The notes under the pieces are model-generated. The model worked only from the letters and a program-made list of their open reading frames with translations, made no database searches and was not told the DNA's origin. From Rhizomicrobium sp. (GTDB lineage: Bacteria; Pseudomonadota; Alphaproteobacteria; Micropepsales; Micropepsaceae), in the NCBI GenBank assembly GCA_035547015.1, contig DASZVO010000017.1:267638-331637 (forward strand): a DNA stretch of 64,000 nt, read 5' to 3'. Within the stretch, counting starts at the first letter, position 1. Each line of letters begins with the position of its first letter. A program made the position numbers and the translations under genes. Positions 37,300 to 47,344 of this stretch are shown here, piece after piece.

Positions 37300-37668
37300 T
37301 CAGGCCCCGCTCATCGCACAGGCCATGTGCTGCACCGCAGCAAACTGGATATTTACCCGGCACGCAGATGGTAAACTTTCAACCCCCGCGCCAACCTCAC
37401 GCAATGCGCTGCCGGCGCACCGCGTCCCCCCACTTCCCATGGACAGCCCTTGTTATAACCCCTTGTCCGGACGGAAAAGTAACCCACCCCGGAACGTCTC
37501 AGGAGTCCCAATTTGTAACAGATTGTACCAACCACAGGCTGGGCGATCTGGCGATTTCTATCGGTCAGACCGGTTAATGCCGCTGATATTGCTACTGCTA
37601 ACATTGCGGTGGGCTTTTCGGAGACGCCCATTTGCCGCTAGTCCCTGTGGGAAAGAATCGGATCAGTC

Positions 37669-39465
37669 ATGCACCGCTGGGCCATAGGAGAAGAAGGTTC
37701 GGATTCGCCGGGACTGGAGCTTGCAGCCAGGCCGGTCCTGCCGCACCTGACGCGAACAGGGGCCGCAATCTCCAACGCCAATGGCAGCATCACGGCCAAG
37801 GGCCGCCGGAATACCGAATCCTGTTTCCTCTACGGGCCGCACTGGTGGCTGCGCGCGGGCCGCTATCGCCTCTCCTTTCGGGCGCAAGTGAGCGGCTCCA
37901 CGATGACGGCCCAGCCCTCGTTCGGGGTTGAGATCGTCACCCAGAACCGGTTCCGCCATGGCTGGCGCGATTTCACGCAAGCTGACGCCAATGCAGAGCG
38001 GCACAGCATGGAGTTTCTGGTGCCGCAGGAAATGGGCACGGAACAGGGCCAGGAATCGCGCTTCGAATTCCGCTTCTTCCACTTCGCCAACGGTGCGGTG
38101 ACAATATCGGACGTCATCCTGCAGCCGGTCGGCGACGACACGGGCGTGGCCAGCAACATGCGCTGGCGCCTGCTCGGCCGCCTTGGCAAGGGCTGGACCG
38201 CGCGCCGGCTTACCGACGGAAGTGTGGCCGCCTTTGCGCCCGGGCGTACCATCCTGAAAGGCGGTTGGCCCTATCTGCGGCTGGCCTCCGGCCGCTACCG
38301 GCTTACGATTTCCGGGAGCAGCTCGCGCCATGATGAGAAGGGCGTACTGGCCGTGCGGATATTGGGCCGCAGCCACTGGCGGCGCCTGCATCAGCGCGTG
38401 CGGACATTGGCCGGGCAGAACGGGCTGGCCGAGACGATTGCAATGGACACGTTCACCGCCGGTGAAATGGACTGTGCCGCACTGACTTTCGATGTCCCCG
38501 AAGGCCTCGGCATGGATACGGGAGAGGACGCGCCTTTCGAGATCCGTCTCGGCCGCCTGGGGTCCGGCAAGCTGCGAATCGACAATGTGGTACTGGACTA
38601 TCTCGGTCCGCCCCGGCGACGCATGTCACGGTTAGACGCACGGCCGGCGAGCAGGCGCACATCGATCCTTGTGGTCGGCAACTGCCAGGCGGACATCGTC
38701 TGCAGCGGGTTCAGGCTCACCGAAAGCCTGAACCGCCGCTATGCGGTCAAATATCACTTCGTGAAGCTGCAGGATAATCTTCTGGAAGCGGCGCGAGCCG
38801 ACCTGGCAGCCTGCGACCTGGTGCTGGCACAGGACATTTCGGACTGGCGCGACTATCCCTTGCGCGAGGCCATTCCCGCCGGCATTCCGGTGATCCGCTT
38901 TCCGATGCTGGGGTTCGCATCGCTCTGGCCTTTCGATCATTATAACGGCCCCGGGGACCAGCTGGCCCATGCCCGCGAATGGCCCAATCTCACCTTTACC
39001 TACCTGGACGGGCTTCTGGCACGCCTGCGCCGGGAGATTCCCGATCCGGAAGCCCGCTTCCGCGCCTATGCCGCATTGGACTGGCCGGGTATCGTGAACT
39101 ACCGCCGCCTGCATGAACTGGAAGCCAAACGGCTGAAAGCGGTGGACGCGTCTTTCGGCGGCGGAATCGGGACATTCATTCTCGACAATTTCCGCAAGCG
39201 GCAGCTTTTCTACACCACCAACCATCCCAATGGCGAAGTCCTGGCACTGCTGCTGCGCCAGATCGTGAACCGGATGGGCGGCAATCCGGCCGGCATCTCG
39301 GCGGCCCGGCTGGACGCATTGCACCCCACCCAGGTCCCCGTTCACCCCAAGGTGGCCGCCGATCTTGGCGTGCGTTGGGCGACGGCCGACACCCGATATC
39401 TGTTCCGCGGCGAGAAGGTGCGATGGGAAGACTATGTCCGCCGCTACATCGCCCACTATGGCTGA
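37669..39465 (+). CDS. wcbI: WcbI-family putative polysaccharide acyltransferase with two N-terminal beta-sandwich-like modules
   Basis: C-terminal 'VVGNCQA', 'LWPF', 'LFYTTNHP', 'PVHPKVA..LG'; the N-terminal ~320 aa contains two G-P-x3-L-x2-G-x-Y motifs. Confidence 0.7.
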   Translation: MHRWAIGEEGSDSPGLELAARPVLPHLTRTGAAISNANGSITAKGRRNTESCFLYGPHWWLRAGRYRLSFRAQVSGSTMTAQPSFGVEIVTQNRFRHGWRDFTQADANAERHSMEFLVPQEMGTEQGQESRFEFRFFHFANGAVTISDVILQPVGDDTGVASNMRWRLLGRLGKGWTARRLTDGSVAAFAPGRTILKGGWPYLRLASGRYRLTISGSSSRHDEKGVLAVRILGRSHWRRLHQRVRTLAGQNGLAETIAMDTFTAGEMDCAALTFDVPEGLGMDTGEDAPFEIRLGRLGSGKLRIDNVVLDYLGPPRRRMSRLDARPASRRTSILVVGNCQADIVCSGFRLTESLNRRYAVKYHFVKLQDNLLEAARADLAACDLVLAQDISDWRDYPLREAIPAGIPVIRFPMLGFASLWPFDHYNGPGDQLAHAREWPNLTFTYLDGLLARLRREIPDPEARFRAYAALDWPGIVNYRRLHELEAKRLKAVDASFGGGIGTFILDNFRKRQLFYTTNHPNGEVLALLLRQIVNRMGGNPAGISAARLDALHPTQVPVHPKVAADLGVRWATADTRYLFRGEKVRWEDYVRRYIAHYG

Positions 39466-41144
39466 AGCACGTCCAGTCCGCCGCCTGCCCAAAGCTCTGC
39501 AATGCGGCGGCGCTGGACCTTGCCGCTGGTGGTCTTGGGCAACCCGCCGGGCCGCAGCAGCCCCACGTCCTGCACCGACAATTCGTGATCGCGCGCCACC
39601 GCTTCGCGTACCGCATCCACAATCTCTGCATGGAGCAGGCTGCGGCGGCTTGACCGCTCCACTTCCGCAACGACGATGATGCGCTCGCCGGCGGGCGCGG
39701 TGAAGGCCGCGCTGGCCCCGCCCAGAAGCGCAGGATGTGCGCGGGCGACCGTCTCCTCCACATCCTGCGGATAGTGATTCACGCCCCGCACGATCATGAG
39801 ATCCTTGATGCGGCCCGTGACGACCAGCGCGCCGCGGTCATCAAGATAACCAAGATCTCCGGTGCGCAGCCATTCGGCCTCTTCGCCCGCAATACGCGCC
39901 CGGAAGCCATGCAGGGTGGCTGTCTCGTTGCGCCAGTAGCCTTGCGCCACGCCCGGCCCGGATATCCAGATTTCCCCGATCGCCTGCGGCGGCAGCGGCG
40001 CGCGTGTGACGGGATCGACAATCGCGATGCGCGTGCCGGCGACGGGAAGGCCGCAGGCGACCAGTTCACGCGCGTCTGCCACATCCGCCGGCGGTTCGGC
40101 GCGGCCCGCCTGGAGCGCGCGGGCGCTGACCGTGCACACGGTTGCGCCCGCGCCGCGGCGGCCGGCCGTGACCAGCAGCGTGGCTTCGGCGAGACCATAG
40201 GCCGGATAGAATGCGCGCGCATCGAAACCATAGGGCGCAAAGGTACTGGCGAAACGCGCAAGCGTTCCGGCCCGTACCGGCTCTGCACCGCAGAAGGCCA
40301 CTTTCCAGCAGGACAGGTCCACCCCTTCCATCTGTTCCGGCCGGAACCGATCGACGCAAAGGTCGAAAGCGAAATTGGGTCCGCCCGCCATTTCTGCGCC
40401 GAGGCCGTGGATAGCCTTCAGCCAGTGGAGCGGCCGCTGCACGAAAGCCGCTGGACGCATCAAAACTGCCCGCCCGCCCAGATAAAGCGGCTGCAGCAGG
40501 TCCATCACCAGGCCCAGGTCATGGAACAGCGGGCTCCAGTTGACGAAGGTGGAATGTCCACAGCCTCCCGTCGCCAGGCGGATCGCCTCCAGATTGGCCA
40601 GCAGGTTGGCGTGGCTGACCATGACGCCCTTGGGCGCAGATGTGGAACCGGACGTGTACTGCAGGACAGCCAGATCGTCGGCGGCCGGTAGCTTGGGTTC
40701 AACCGCGTCTCCGTCCGGCGCGTCGAGAAGAATGCAGTCCATGCCGGCCTGCGCCAGCCGGGCCGGTATCATGCCCTGGGCCATGGCACTGCTTGTCAGA
40801 AGCAGGCGCGGCGCGCAATCGGCCACGATCCGCCGGCTGAAGTCGCGTGTGGCAAGGCGGCGGGGCGGCATCATCGGCACCGCCACAAGGCCTGCCAACG
40901 CGCAGCCGAACAGCCCGATCACGAAATCAAGTCCCGTCGGCAGCATCAACACCGCCCGGTCGCCTCTGGTCGACCGCGCTGCGAGGCGACAGGCGAGCGC
41001 GCCCGCCTGCTGCGCGAGTTCGCCATAGGTCAGGCGGGCTTCGCCTGTTCCCGCATCGGACAGAAACAGGACCGCCCGAGCGTCCGGCTTGGCGGCAGCG
41101 CGCTGCAGCAACAGTTCGGCAAGTGTGGCGGGCGCGGCCGGCAT
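39456..41144 (-). CDS. Fatty acyl-AMP ligase (FAAL)
   Basis: 'LQYTSGSTSAPKGV', 'YGLAEATL', FAAL-type insertion after it, 'RTGDLG', 'YPQDVE', and 'PKTTSGK'. Confidence 0.9.
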   Translation of the reverse strand: MPAAPATLAELLLQRAAAKPDARAVLFLSDAGTGEARLTYGELAQQAGALACRLAARSTRGDRAVLMLPTGLDFVIGLFGCALAGLVAVPMMPPRRLATRDFSRRIVADCAPRLLLTSSAMAQGMIPARLAQAGMDCILLDAPDGDAVEPKLPAADDLAVLQYTSGSTSAPKGVMVSHANLLANLEAIRLATGGCGHSTFVNWSPLFHDLGLVMDLLQPLYLGGRAVLMRPAAFVQRPLHWLKAIHGLGAEMAGGPNFAFDLCVDRFRPEQMEGVDLSCWKVAFCGAEPVRAGTLARFASTFAPYGFDARAFYPAYGLAEATLLVTAGRRGAGATVCTVSARALQAGRAEPPADVADARELVACGLPVAGTRIAIVDPVTRAPLPPQAIGEIWISGPGVAQGYWRNETATLHGFRARIAGEEAEWLRTGDLGYLDDRGALVVTGRIKDLMIVRGVNHYPQDVEETVARAHPALLGGASAAFTAPAGERIIVVAEVERSSRRSLLHAEIVDAVREAVARDHELSVQDVGLLRPGGLPKTTSGKVQRRRIAELWAGGGLDVLQP

Positions 41145-41147
41145 GCG

Positions 41148-41396
41148 TCAGCCCTTCTGGTTCTTCGCCAGATATCCGCTCAGGGCCGCCACGGATGGAT
41201 GTTCGAACGCGACCTCGGGCCACAATTCGATGCCGACCCAGGCCTCAAGATCTGCCGTGAAATAGAGCGCCATCGCCGAATCGAGCCCGATGCGGGCAAA
41301 GGGCGCATCTGGATCGATGTCGTCGCGTTCCAGCATCTTCGCCAGATAGGCGGTGCACCAGTCGCGGATTTCGGCCTCGGTCCTTGCCATCGTCAA
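41148..41396 (-). CDS. Stand-alone acyl carrier protein
   Basis: 'IGLDSAMA' phosphopantetheine Ser motif; 'FEHPSVAALS'. Confidence 0.88.
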   Translation of the reverse strand: MTMARTEAEIRDWCTAYLAKMLERDDIDPDAPFARIGLDSAMALYFTADLEAWVGIELWPEVAFEHPSVAALSGYLAKNQKG

Positions 41397-42607
41397 TGGA
41401 CGGAGTTGTTGACCGCCGCGCCCGTGACGACGGGCGCCGTCAGGGTTCCGAACAGTTGGAAGAATTTCTGGATGCCGCCGGTTGGCGCATTGGAAACATA
41501 GATGATGTCCTTGTCCTGCACGGCGAACCGTTCCGCCAGGAAATAGGCGCGGGGATCATCGAAGTCGAAGCGATAGACCACCGGGACCATCTGGTCCTGT
41601 CCGGGCGGCGGTGCGGGCGTCAGTTCGCGCACCAGCGCGCGCGGTTCGTAACGCAGGACGAATACGCCGGCAGGATCGGCGCGCTGATCCTGCAGACCGG
41701 CCGCCTTGGCAAGCGCCTGGGAAAGATTGAGGCTTTCGCGGCCGAACTCGATCTCGTCGTTGCGCCCGGTGGCGCCGAAAGCCTGGAAGGATCGCGGCTG
41801 GTGGATCAGCGTCAGCACATCGCCCGGCCAGACGTAGATATTCTCCTTCGGCTGCTCGATCAGATTGGAGAGCGGCACGCCCGCCGTGACGCCATTGCGC
41901 GTCAGCCGGACACTGGTGTCGGAGATCGCCGCCTTCATGCCGCCTGCGGCTGCGATCACATCGAGAATCCGGTCCCCCCGGGGCGAAACCGGAATGCGCC
42001 CACCACTGACGACCTCGCCCGTGACGGTGATCGAATTGAAGACGCTCCGGCTGACCGTCACGATCACCTGCGGATCGGACGCCTTGCCCTTGAGGCTGTT
42101 GCGGATGCGGTCCTGCACGGCCTGTGGCGTCTGGCCTGCGACCGGGATGCGCCCGGCAAAGGGGATCGTGATGGCCCCGTCCGTCATCACGACCTGGTCG
42201 GGTATGGAGGCGGGACGGGCAGAGACCGGCACGGGAAGTGCCGCAGCAGCCAGGGGCGTCGCCATGCTGGCATCGCCGAACAGCGTGCTGCCGCCGGCTT
42301 CCCAGACCGCTACATTGACGGTGTCGCCAACCGCGATCGTGGTCATGGGCGGTGGCGCGTCCGAACCGAACAGCGATTGCAGGCTGGGCGCGGGCCGCGA
42401 CAGAAGCCGGTTCACCACCGCGCCATCGACCAGGATGACCGTGTAACGGGATTGGTCGCCGCTGCCGCCCTGGCTGATCACGGCGCTGGTGGACGGCCCC
42501 GCCGCAGGAAGCCAGCCACAGCCCGTCAGCAACAGGCCGCCAACGCCCGCGATAGCAATACGTAAGAGCCTGAAAATCTTCCTGAAACTCCCCCAGCCGG
42601 GGCGCAC
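41393..42607 (-). CDS. wcbC: Outer-membrane capsule export lipoprotein (OPX; WcbC/BexD/KpsD-like)
   Basis: Lipobox 'LLTGC'; 'GPS', 'IAVGDTVNVAVWE', 'GAITIPFAG', 'DPQVIV', and 'DKDIIYVSNAP'. Start uncertain (GTG 42607). Confidence 0.88.
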   Translation of the reverse strand: MRPGWGSFRKIFRLLRIAIAGVGGLLLTGCGWLPAAGPSTSAVISQGGSGDQSRYTVILVDGAVVNRLLSRPAPSLQSLFGSDAPPPMTTIAVGDTVNVAVWEAGGSTLFGDASMATPLAAAALPVPVSARPASIPDQVVMTDGAITIPFAGRIPVAGQTPQAVQDRIRNSLKGKASDPQVIVTVSRSVFNSITVTGEVVSGGRIPVSPRGDRILDVIAAAGGMKAAISDTSVRLTRNGVTAGVPLSNLIEQPKENIYVWPGDVLTLIHQPRSFQAFGATGRNDEIEFGRESLNLSQALAKAAGLQDQRADPAGVFVLRYEPRALVRELTPAPPPGQDQMVPVVYRFDFDDPRAYFLAERFAVQDKDIIYVSNAPTGGIQKFFQLFGTLTAPVVTGAAVNNSVH

Positions 42608-42644
42608 CCTATCGTGTTCGCGGTCAAAGGTGCAAGCAGGGACG

Positions 42645-43604
42645 TCAGCGGGGATGTGCCGTCGCGCGCACGAGCGTGACCGTGCCGTCGAACGCGGCGC
42701 GCCGCGTGGACAGGCGCAGGGACAATGGATAGTCCACACTGTCATCAACCACCACGTCGAGATGTGCACGCATCGGGCCGGACCTTTCGGGGCGGACGGT
42801 GCGCGATGCGAGCCTGCGGCCGGCGAATAGCTCAAGCTCGAATTCCTGCTCCGTGGCTGCGCGTGAAATCTCCGTTTCCAGCGAAAGGCGCCAGGCGCCT
42901 TCCGGAAGCGTGACCTCCGGCCCCTCGAACAACACCCGCGCGCGTCCCGTGATGTCGACAGGGCCTGACAGCGGGCAGTCGTTCGCCAAGAACATCTCGC
43001 GGCCCCATGTCAGCGGTTGCGGCTTGTCCGCCGCGCCGAGATAGGCGCCGAGCGCGTCCTGGGCGATAGTGCGGCGCGCGGGATCGAGCATGGTCCACCA
43101 CGCACGGGCGCGATTGTCCTCGCCGGCGGGACCTGGGAGGCCCGCCACAATGGCGCCCAGACTGTCGCCATCGCAGGGGCACGCAAAATGTGATGCCATC
43201 ATCCCCGCGGCGGCCACTGCCTCGTGCCTTCCTGCCCCCAGGACCAGCGCACGCGGGGAGGCGGCATATCTGGGAATGACGGCGCAGGCCGATGCCACAA
43301 GGCGCAAGGCATCGCGGAATTCCCTGCCCTCCAGCACAAGCTCTGCCAGGACGTACCGTGGATCGTCGACCGTCACCACGAAATTCCGATTCGATTGCAC
43401 CAGCGCCGCATGGAGGCGGCCGCCCGGATGGCTGGCCAGCACCACGGTCTCGCCGCCGCCCGTTCGCAGCAACTGCCGGGTCAGCTGCGCGGCCGTGTCG
43501 GCCATCACGACTTCACAAGGGCGGGTTTTGCGCACCATCGCGGCCGTCGCGTGCGCACACCAGCGCCCGAAACATCCGGGCAGCCCGACTATGAAATACA
43601 GCAT
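42645..43604 (-). CDS. Hypothetical protein: degenerate sulfotransferase-like N-domain plus C-terminal beta-sandwich-like module
   Basis: 'YFIVGLPG.FGRWC', 'VDDPR', and 'LFEGPEVTLPEGAWRL'; apparent paralog of the next gene. Confidence 0.6.
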   Translation of the reverse strand: MLYFIVGLPGCFGRWCAHATAAMVRKTRPCEVVMADTAAQLTRQLLRTGGGETVVLASHPGGRLHAALVQSNRNFVVTVDDPRYVLAELVLEGREFRDALRLVASACAVIPRYAASPRALVLGAGRHEAVAAAGMMASHFACPCDGDSLGAIVAGLPGPAGEDNRARAWWTMLDPARRTIAQDALGAYLGAADKPQPLTWGREMFLANDCPLSGPVDITGRARVLFEGPEVTLPEGAWRLSLETEISRAATEQEFELELFAGRRLASRTVRPERSGPMRAHLDVVVDDSVDYPLSLRLSTRRAAFDGTVTLVRATAHPR

Positions 43605-43628
43605 CCCCCGATACCCCTTGCCCTTATT

Positions 43629-44693
43629 TCACAGCGACAACACCGCCCGGAAATCGCCCTCGACCGCGATGACACTATCCTCGTGGCGGATCGCCACCGG
43701 ATGAAGCCGGACATGCCCGAACGCGAGATAGCCCGGCGCGACATCGCGCCCGATCGACACGCGAATCTCGATGTTACGCGCCGCTTCCTCGTCAACCTCG
43801 AAACCGATCTCCGCCGTGAAGATGCCCTCGGCGCGCGCCAGGATTTTGGTCACGGCAAGATGCCGCCCGCTGAACGCATCCACCGTGAAGGTTTGCCCGA
43901 CCGCCTCTGGTGAAATGCCCATGACCACTTTCGCCGACCAGTAGCCGGGCGGAAGCGCGAGATAGGGACCATAGACCAGGAAACGGCCATTCGCCGTGTC
44001 CCGCAGGGCGATCGGCCCGGACGGCGAGCGCGCATCGTCGTCCCCCGCCAGGAACAGGTCCCGCTGCCACACCAGATCGCCCAGTTCGCCGCCGGAAAAG
44101 TGGGCCGCGTATCCCCCAAGCGCACCGTTGACCAGCTTGTGCATCTGCGGCGGGATGCGCGCTTCCCAATTGCGATCCGCGTCCGGGTCAAGCCTTGCTG
44201 CGATGGCGTGCGCCTGGACCTCGTCCAGTGAAATGCCCAGATGCCGGGCGATCCTCGCCAGCGTATTCGCCCCTCGCGTCACAGTGTCCGCCGGACGGAT
44301 CGCCAGACCACCCGGCATGCGCATCGTGCGCATCATCAGAGGAGCCATATTGGCCATTTCGCGGGTGATATGCAGAAAGGTGCCACCTTCGCCGCCGGCA
44401 ATATCTGCAACGGCGGCACGCGGATCGGCCAGCCCCAGGACAAAGGGAACGCCGGTTTCGCGCAGGGTATCCATCAAGCCGGCATTGAGCCGGCGAATGC
44501 CAACCACGACATGATCGGCATTGCTGCGCACCAGGGCCAGCGCGATCTCGTCCAGAATGGAGACCTTGCCGTCTACCGCATCCGCGAACGTTAACCTTTC
44601 GACGGTTCTGCCGTCCTGTGCCGCGAGCCAGGCAATCGCCGTATCGCACCAGTCGGCAAGGCGCCCCGGCAGGGCGACGGAAAAATAGATCAT
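43629..44693 (-). CDS. Hypothetical protein: degenerate sulfotransferase-like N-domain plus C-terminal beta-sandwich-like module
   Basis: 'YFSVALPGRLADWC', 'LADPR', and 'LVYGPYLALPPGYW'. Start set at ATG 44693. Confidence 0.6.
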   Translation of the reverse strand: MIYFSVALPGRLADWCDTAIAWLAAQDGRTVERLTFADAVDGKVSILDEIALALVRSNADHVVVGIRRLNAGLMDTLRETGVPFVLGLADPRAAVADIAGGEGGTFLHITREMANMAPLMMRTMRMPGGLAIRPADTVTRGANTLARIARHLGISLDEVQAHAIAARLDPDADRNWEARIPPQMHKLVNGALGGYAAHFSGGELGDLVWQRDLFLAGDDDARSPSGPIALRDTANGRFLVYGPYLALPPGYWSAKVVMGISPEAVGQTFTVDAFSGRHLAVTKILARAEGIFTAEIGFEVDEEAARNIEIRVSIGRDVAPGYLAFGHVRLHPVAIRHEDSVIAVEGDFRAVLSL

Positions 44694-44831
44694 GCTGCGC
44701 CGGTTTATGCTGACGCGGGCGAGAATGACCTGCGGACGCGGCCATCGCAAGTGCAGGCGGAAGGACCGCAATTGCCCCGCCGGATGCTTGTGCTAGTGTC
44801 CGGTCCCGCCTCGCCCGATTTCTCCGCACAA

Positions 44832-46148
44832 ATGACAAAGCGCATATTTTTCGACGGCCTGAACCTTGCGCGGGTCCAGGGTACCGGCATAGCCACTTAT
44901 ACGCGCCTTCTCGCCAAGCTGGCCCGCGGCATGGGCCATGAGACCGGCGTGCTCTACAGCACGCGACGTGCGCCTTCCAGAAATCCCATGCTGCGCGAAA
45001 TCACCTTCTTCGACGAACGGCGGGGCGTCGGCATGCCCTTGTTCGCAGAGGCTTGCAAATACGTGGGCGACCACCTGTCCAGCCTTGCGCCGGCACGCCC
45101 GGTCCCCATGGACCTGAACGGGGTCGTGGTGACGCGTCAGTTCGAGCAGCGCCTGCCCGTTTTCGATCACTATTTCCTGTCCCGCAACGTCTTTGACCGG
45201 GCGGCACGCCGGTTCGACCTGACGGGCGATTTCCTGCCGGTGGAGTTCGGCGTCAGGCCCGACATAATGCACTGCACCTACCAGATGCCGCTTTACGCCA
45301 AAGGCGCCTGCAACGTCGTGACCATCCATGACCTGGTGCCGCTGCGGCTTCCCTTTACCACAAGCGAGAACAAGCGCCGCACCTGGCGGCTGTTGCGGAC
45401 GCTGGCCCGGAAGGCCGACCATATCGTGACGGTATCGGAAAATTCGCGACGCGACATCATCGAGATCCTGGGCGTGGGCGAGGATCGCGTCACCAATACT
45501 TTCCAGGCGGTGAGCTTTCCGGAGAAATACACTGCACGACCACAGACGTTGGCAATGGAAGAACTGAGCGGTTCCCTGGGCCTGGAATATCAGGAATACC
45601 TCCTTTTCTTCGGCGCACTCGAGCCCAAGAAGAACATCGTGCGCATTGTCGATGCCTATCTGGCATCGCAGGCCGACATCCCGCTCGTGCTGGTCACATC
45701 GCCGGGATGGGAAAACGGCGCCGAAACCAGCCTGCTGGCGCAGCGCGAACGGCAGCAGGAAGCGTTGCAGGAGGATGGCCGGCTGAAGCGCAGGATCGTC
45801 CGCCTGGAATATGCCAGTCTCTCGACATTGGTGACGCTGATCCGCGGCGCGCGCGCCGTATTGTTCCCATCCCTCTATGAAGGCTTCGGCCTGCCGGTTC
45901 TGGAGGCGATGGCGCTGGGCACGCCCGTCATTACGGCGCACACCTCGTCCTTGCCGGAAGTGGCGGGTGACGCGGCGCTGCTGGTCGACCCTTACGACTC
46001 CGACGACATATCGCGTGCGATCACACAGATCGCCCAGGACCAGGACCTGCGAGCCGAGCTGTCGCGCCGCGGCATCGCGCAGGCGGAAAAATTCTCCGTG
46101 GACCGCTACCGCGAACGCCTCGTCGCTCTCTACGACAAGCTGATCTAG
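44832..46148 (+). CDS. GT4 glycosyltransferase
   Basis: 'GTGIATY', 'TIHDLVPL', 'GALEPKKN', and 'FPSLYEGFGLPVLEAM'. Start set at ATG 44832. Confidence 0.92.
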   Translation: MTKRIFFDGLNLARVQGTGIATYTRLLAKLARGMGHETGVLYSTRRAPSRNPMLREITFFDERRGVGMPLFAEACKYVGDHLSSLAPARPVPMDLNGVVVTRQFEQRLPVFDHYFLSRNVFDRAARRFDLTGDFLPVEFGVRPDIMHCTYQMPLYAKGACNVVTIHDLVPLRLPFTTSENKRRTWRLLRTLARKADHIVTVSENSRRDIIEILGVGEDRVTNTFQAVSFPEKYTARPQTLAMEELSGSLGLEYQEYLLFFGALEPKKNIVRIVDAYLASQADIPLVLVTSPGWENGAETSLLAQRERQQEALQEDGRLKRRIVRLEYASLSTLVTLIRGARAVLFPSLYEGFGLPVLEAMALGTPVITAHTSSLPEVAGDAALLVDPYDSDDISRAITQIAQDQDLRAELSRRGIAQAEKFSVDRYRERLVALYDKLI

Positions 46149-47344
46149 AACAGCCAGAGACGCCGCAGATATCCCCACGGGCGCGCGGCGATGGCGCCGA
46201 GGGCCGGATCGACGCAGCAGATATCGATGCCGGACATGCCGGCCGCGTCCCGGCCCTCCTTCGGCAGAGGCACAAGGGCAACGAACGCATCGTGCTCCTC
46301 CGTCCAGAATTTGTGCAGCGCCACAGCCCTGCCATTGCCGAAGACCGCGACGGAACGGGCGCGCGCCAGTCCAGGCATGACGATTTCCACCGCCGCCAGG
46401 CCACAATCGGGCGAAAGGCGCGGCAGCGAAAGAGAAACGGCGGGCGTATGCAATGCAAGGCCCAACTTTTCCGTCCGCACCGCCTGCCCATACGTGATCA
46501 GGCGCTCCAACAGCCCCATCCCTCCCAGGTCCAGAACCGACGGCCTCGGCATTGCATTCAGATGCTCACGTCCCAGCCTGGTCAGATCCGCCAGACGCGA
46601 CCGGGCATCTTCGTCATCGGCATCGTCCGCCGGCGCGATATGGGTGCTGCGCCAATCTTCAGCCGCCAGCCATTGATCCTCTGGAACGGCAGGATCGCGC
46701 CAGACATCGAGCGGCGCGGTGCGTTGTTCCGCAGCACCCATGCTCCACTGCAGGCGATATTGCTTGCAGCCTTCGCGGGTCAGCCATGCCCGCAGCCGCT
46801 CTGTGCTGGGCGTCCGCCCGTCAGGGATCAATTCGGACACCAGGTCCGGCCGTTCGCCCAGAACAATGGCCATCAGGGGTGACATGACGCCATGCGCGAT
46901 CGGGATAGAGGGTGTCTTGAGAGCTGCAAGGAACCGGCCATCCACCACATGCCACAGCGCATGCTCATTCAGGCCATGCATCACCAGCCAGCGCAGAGCA
47001 CATTCGAAACTGAAGGCACCGGCGCGCATGAACCGGGAAGTCAGGTCGGTGCGGCCCAGCATCACGGCGGCCTGAAGACAGGTGAAGGGCAGCCGCCCGG
47101 CAAATGCCGTGCCGTATCGCTTCCTGGCAAAAGGCCGCAGCGACGCGGCATCGAACCGGAGCCCGTAGGCGCCATGATCGTCCGGCATGGCATGCAGCAC
47201 GTCCTGTCCCAGGCGGGTCAGCACGGCATGCGGCGGCAGGACGCTCTCATCCCGCCGTTCGGTGACGGAATGGCGGAAGTCTTCCAGCATCCTGGCATGA
47301 TCGAAAAACCCGATCTGGCTTGTGCTGGTGAAGGCAATGCCCAT
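46145..47344 (-). CDS. Hypothetical protein with internal R-x-D-L...W...G repeats
   Basis: 399-aa ORF coupled (TGATG) to the upstream GT9 gene; no named family recognised. Confidence 0.6.
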   Translation of the reverse strand: MGIAFTSTSQIGFFDHARMLEDFRHSVTERRDESVLPPHAVLTRLGQDVLHAMPDDHGAYGLRFDAASLRPFARKRYGTAFAGRLPFTCLQAAVMLGRTDLTSRFMRAGAFSFECALRWLVMHGLNEHALWHVVDGRFLAALKTPSIPIAHGVMSPLMAIVLGERPDLVSELIPDGRTPSTERLRAWLTREGCKQYRLQWSMGAAEQRTAPLDVWRDPAVPEDQWLAAEDWRSTHIAPADDADDEDARSRLADLTRLGREHLNAMPRPSVLDLGGMGLLERLITYGQAVRTEKLGLALHTPAVSLSLPRLSPDCGLAAVEIVMPGLARARSVAVFGNGRAVALHKFWTEEHDAFVALVPLPKEGRDAAGMSGIDICCVDPALGAIAARPWGYLRRLWLF

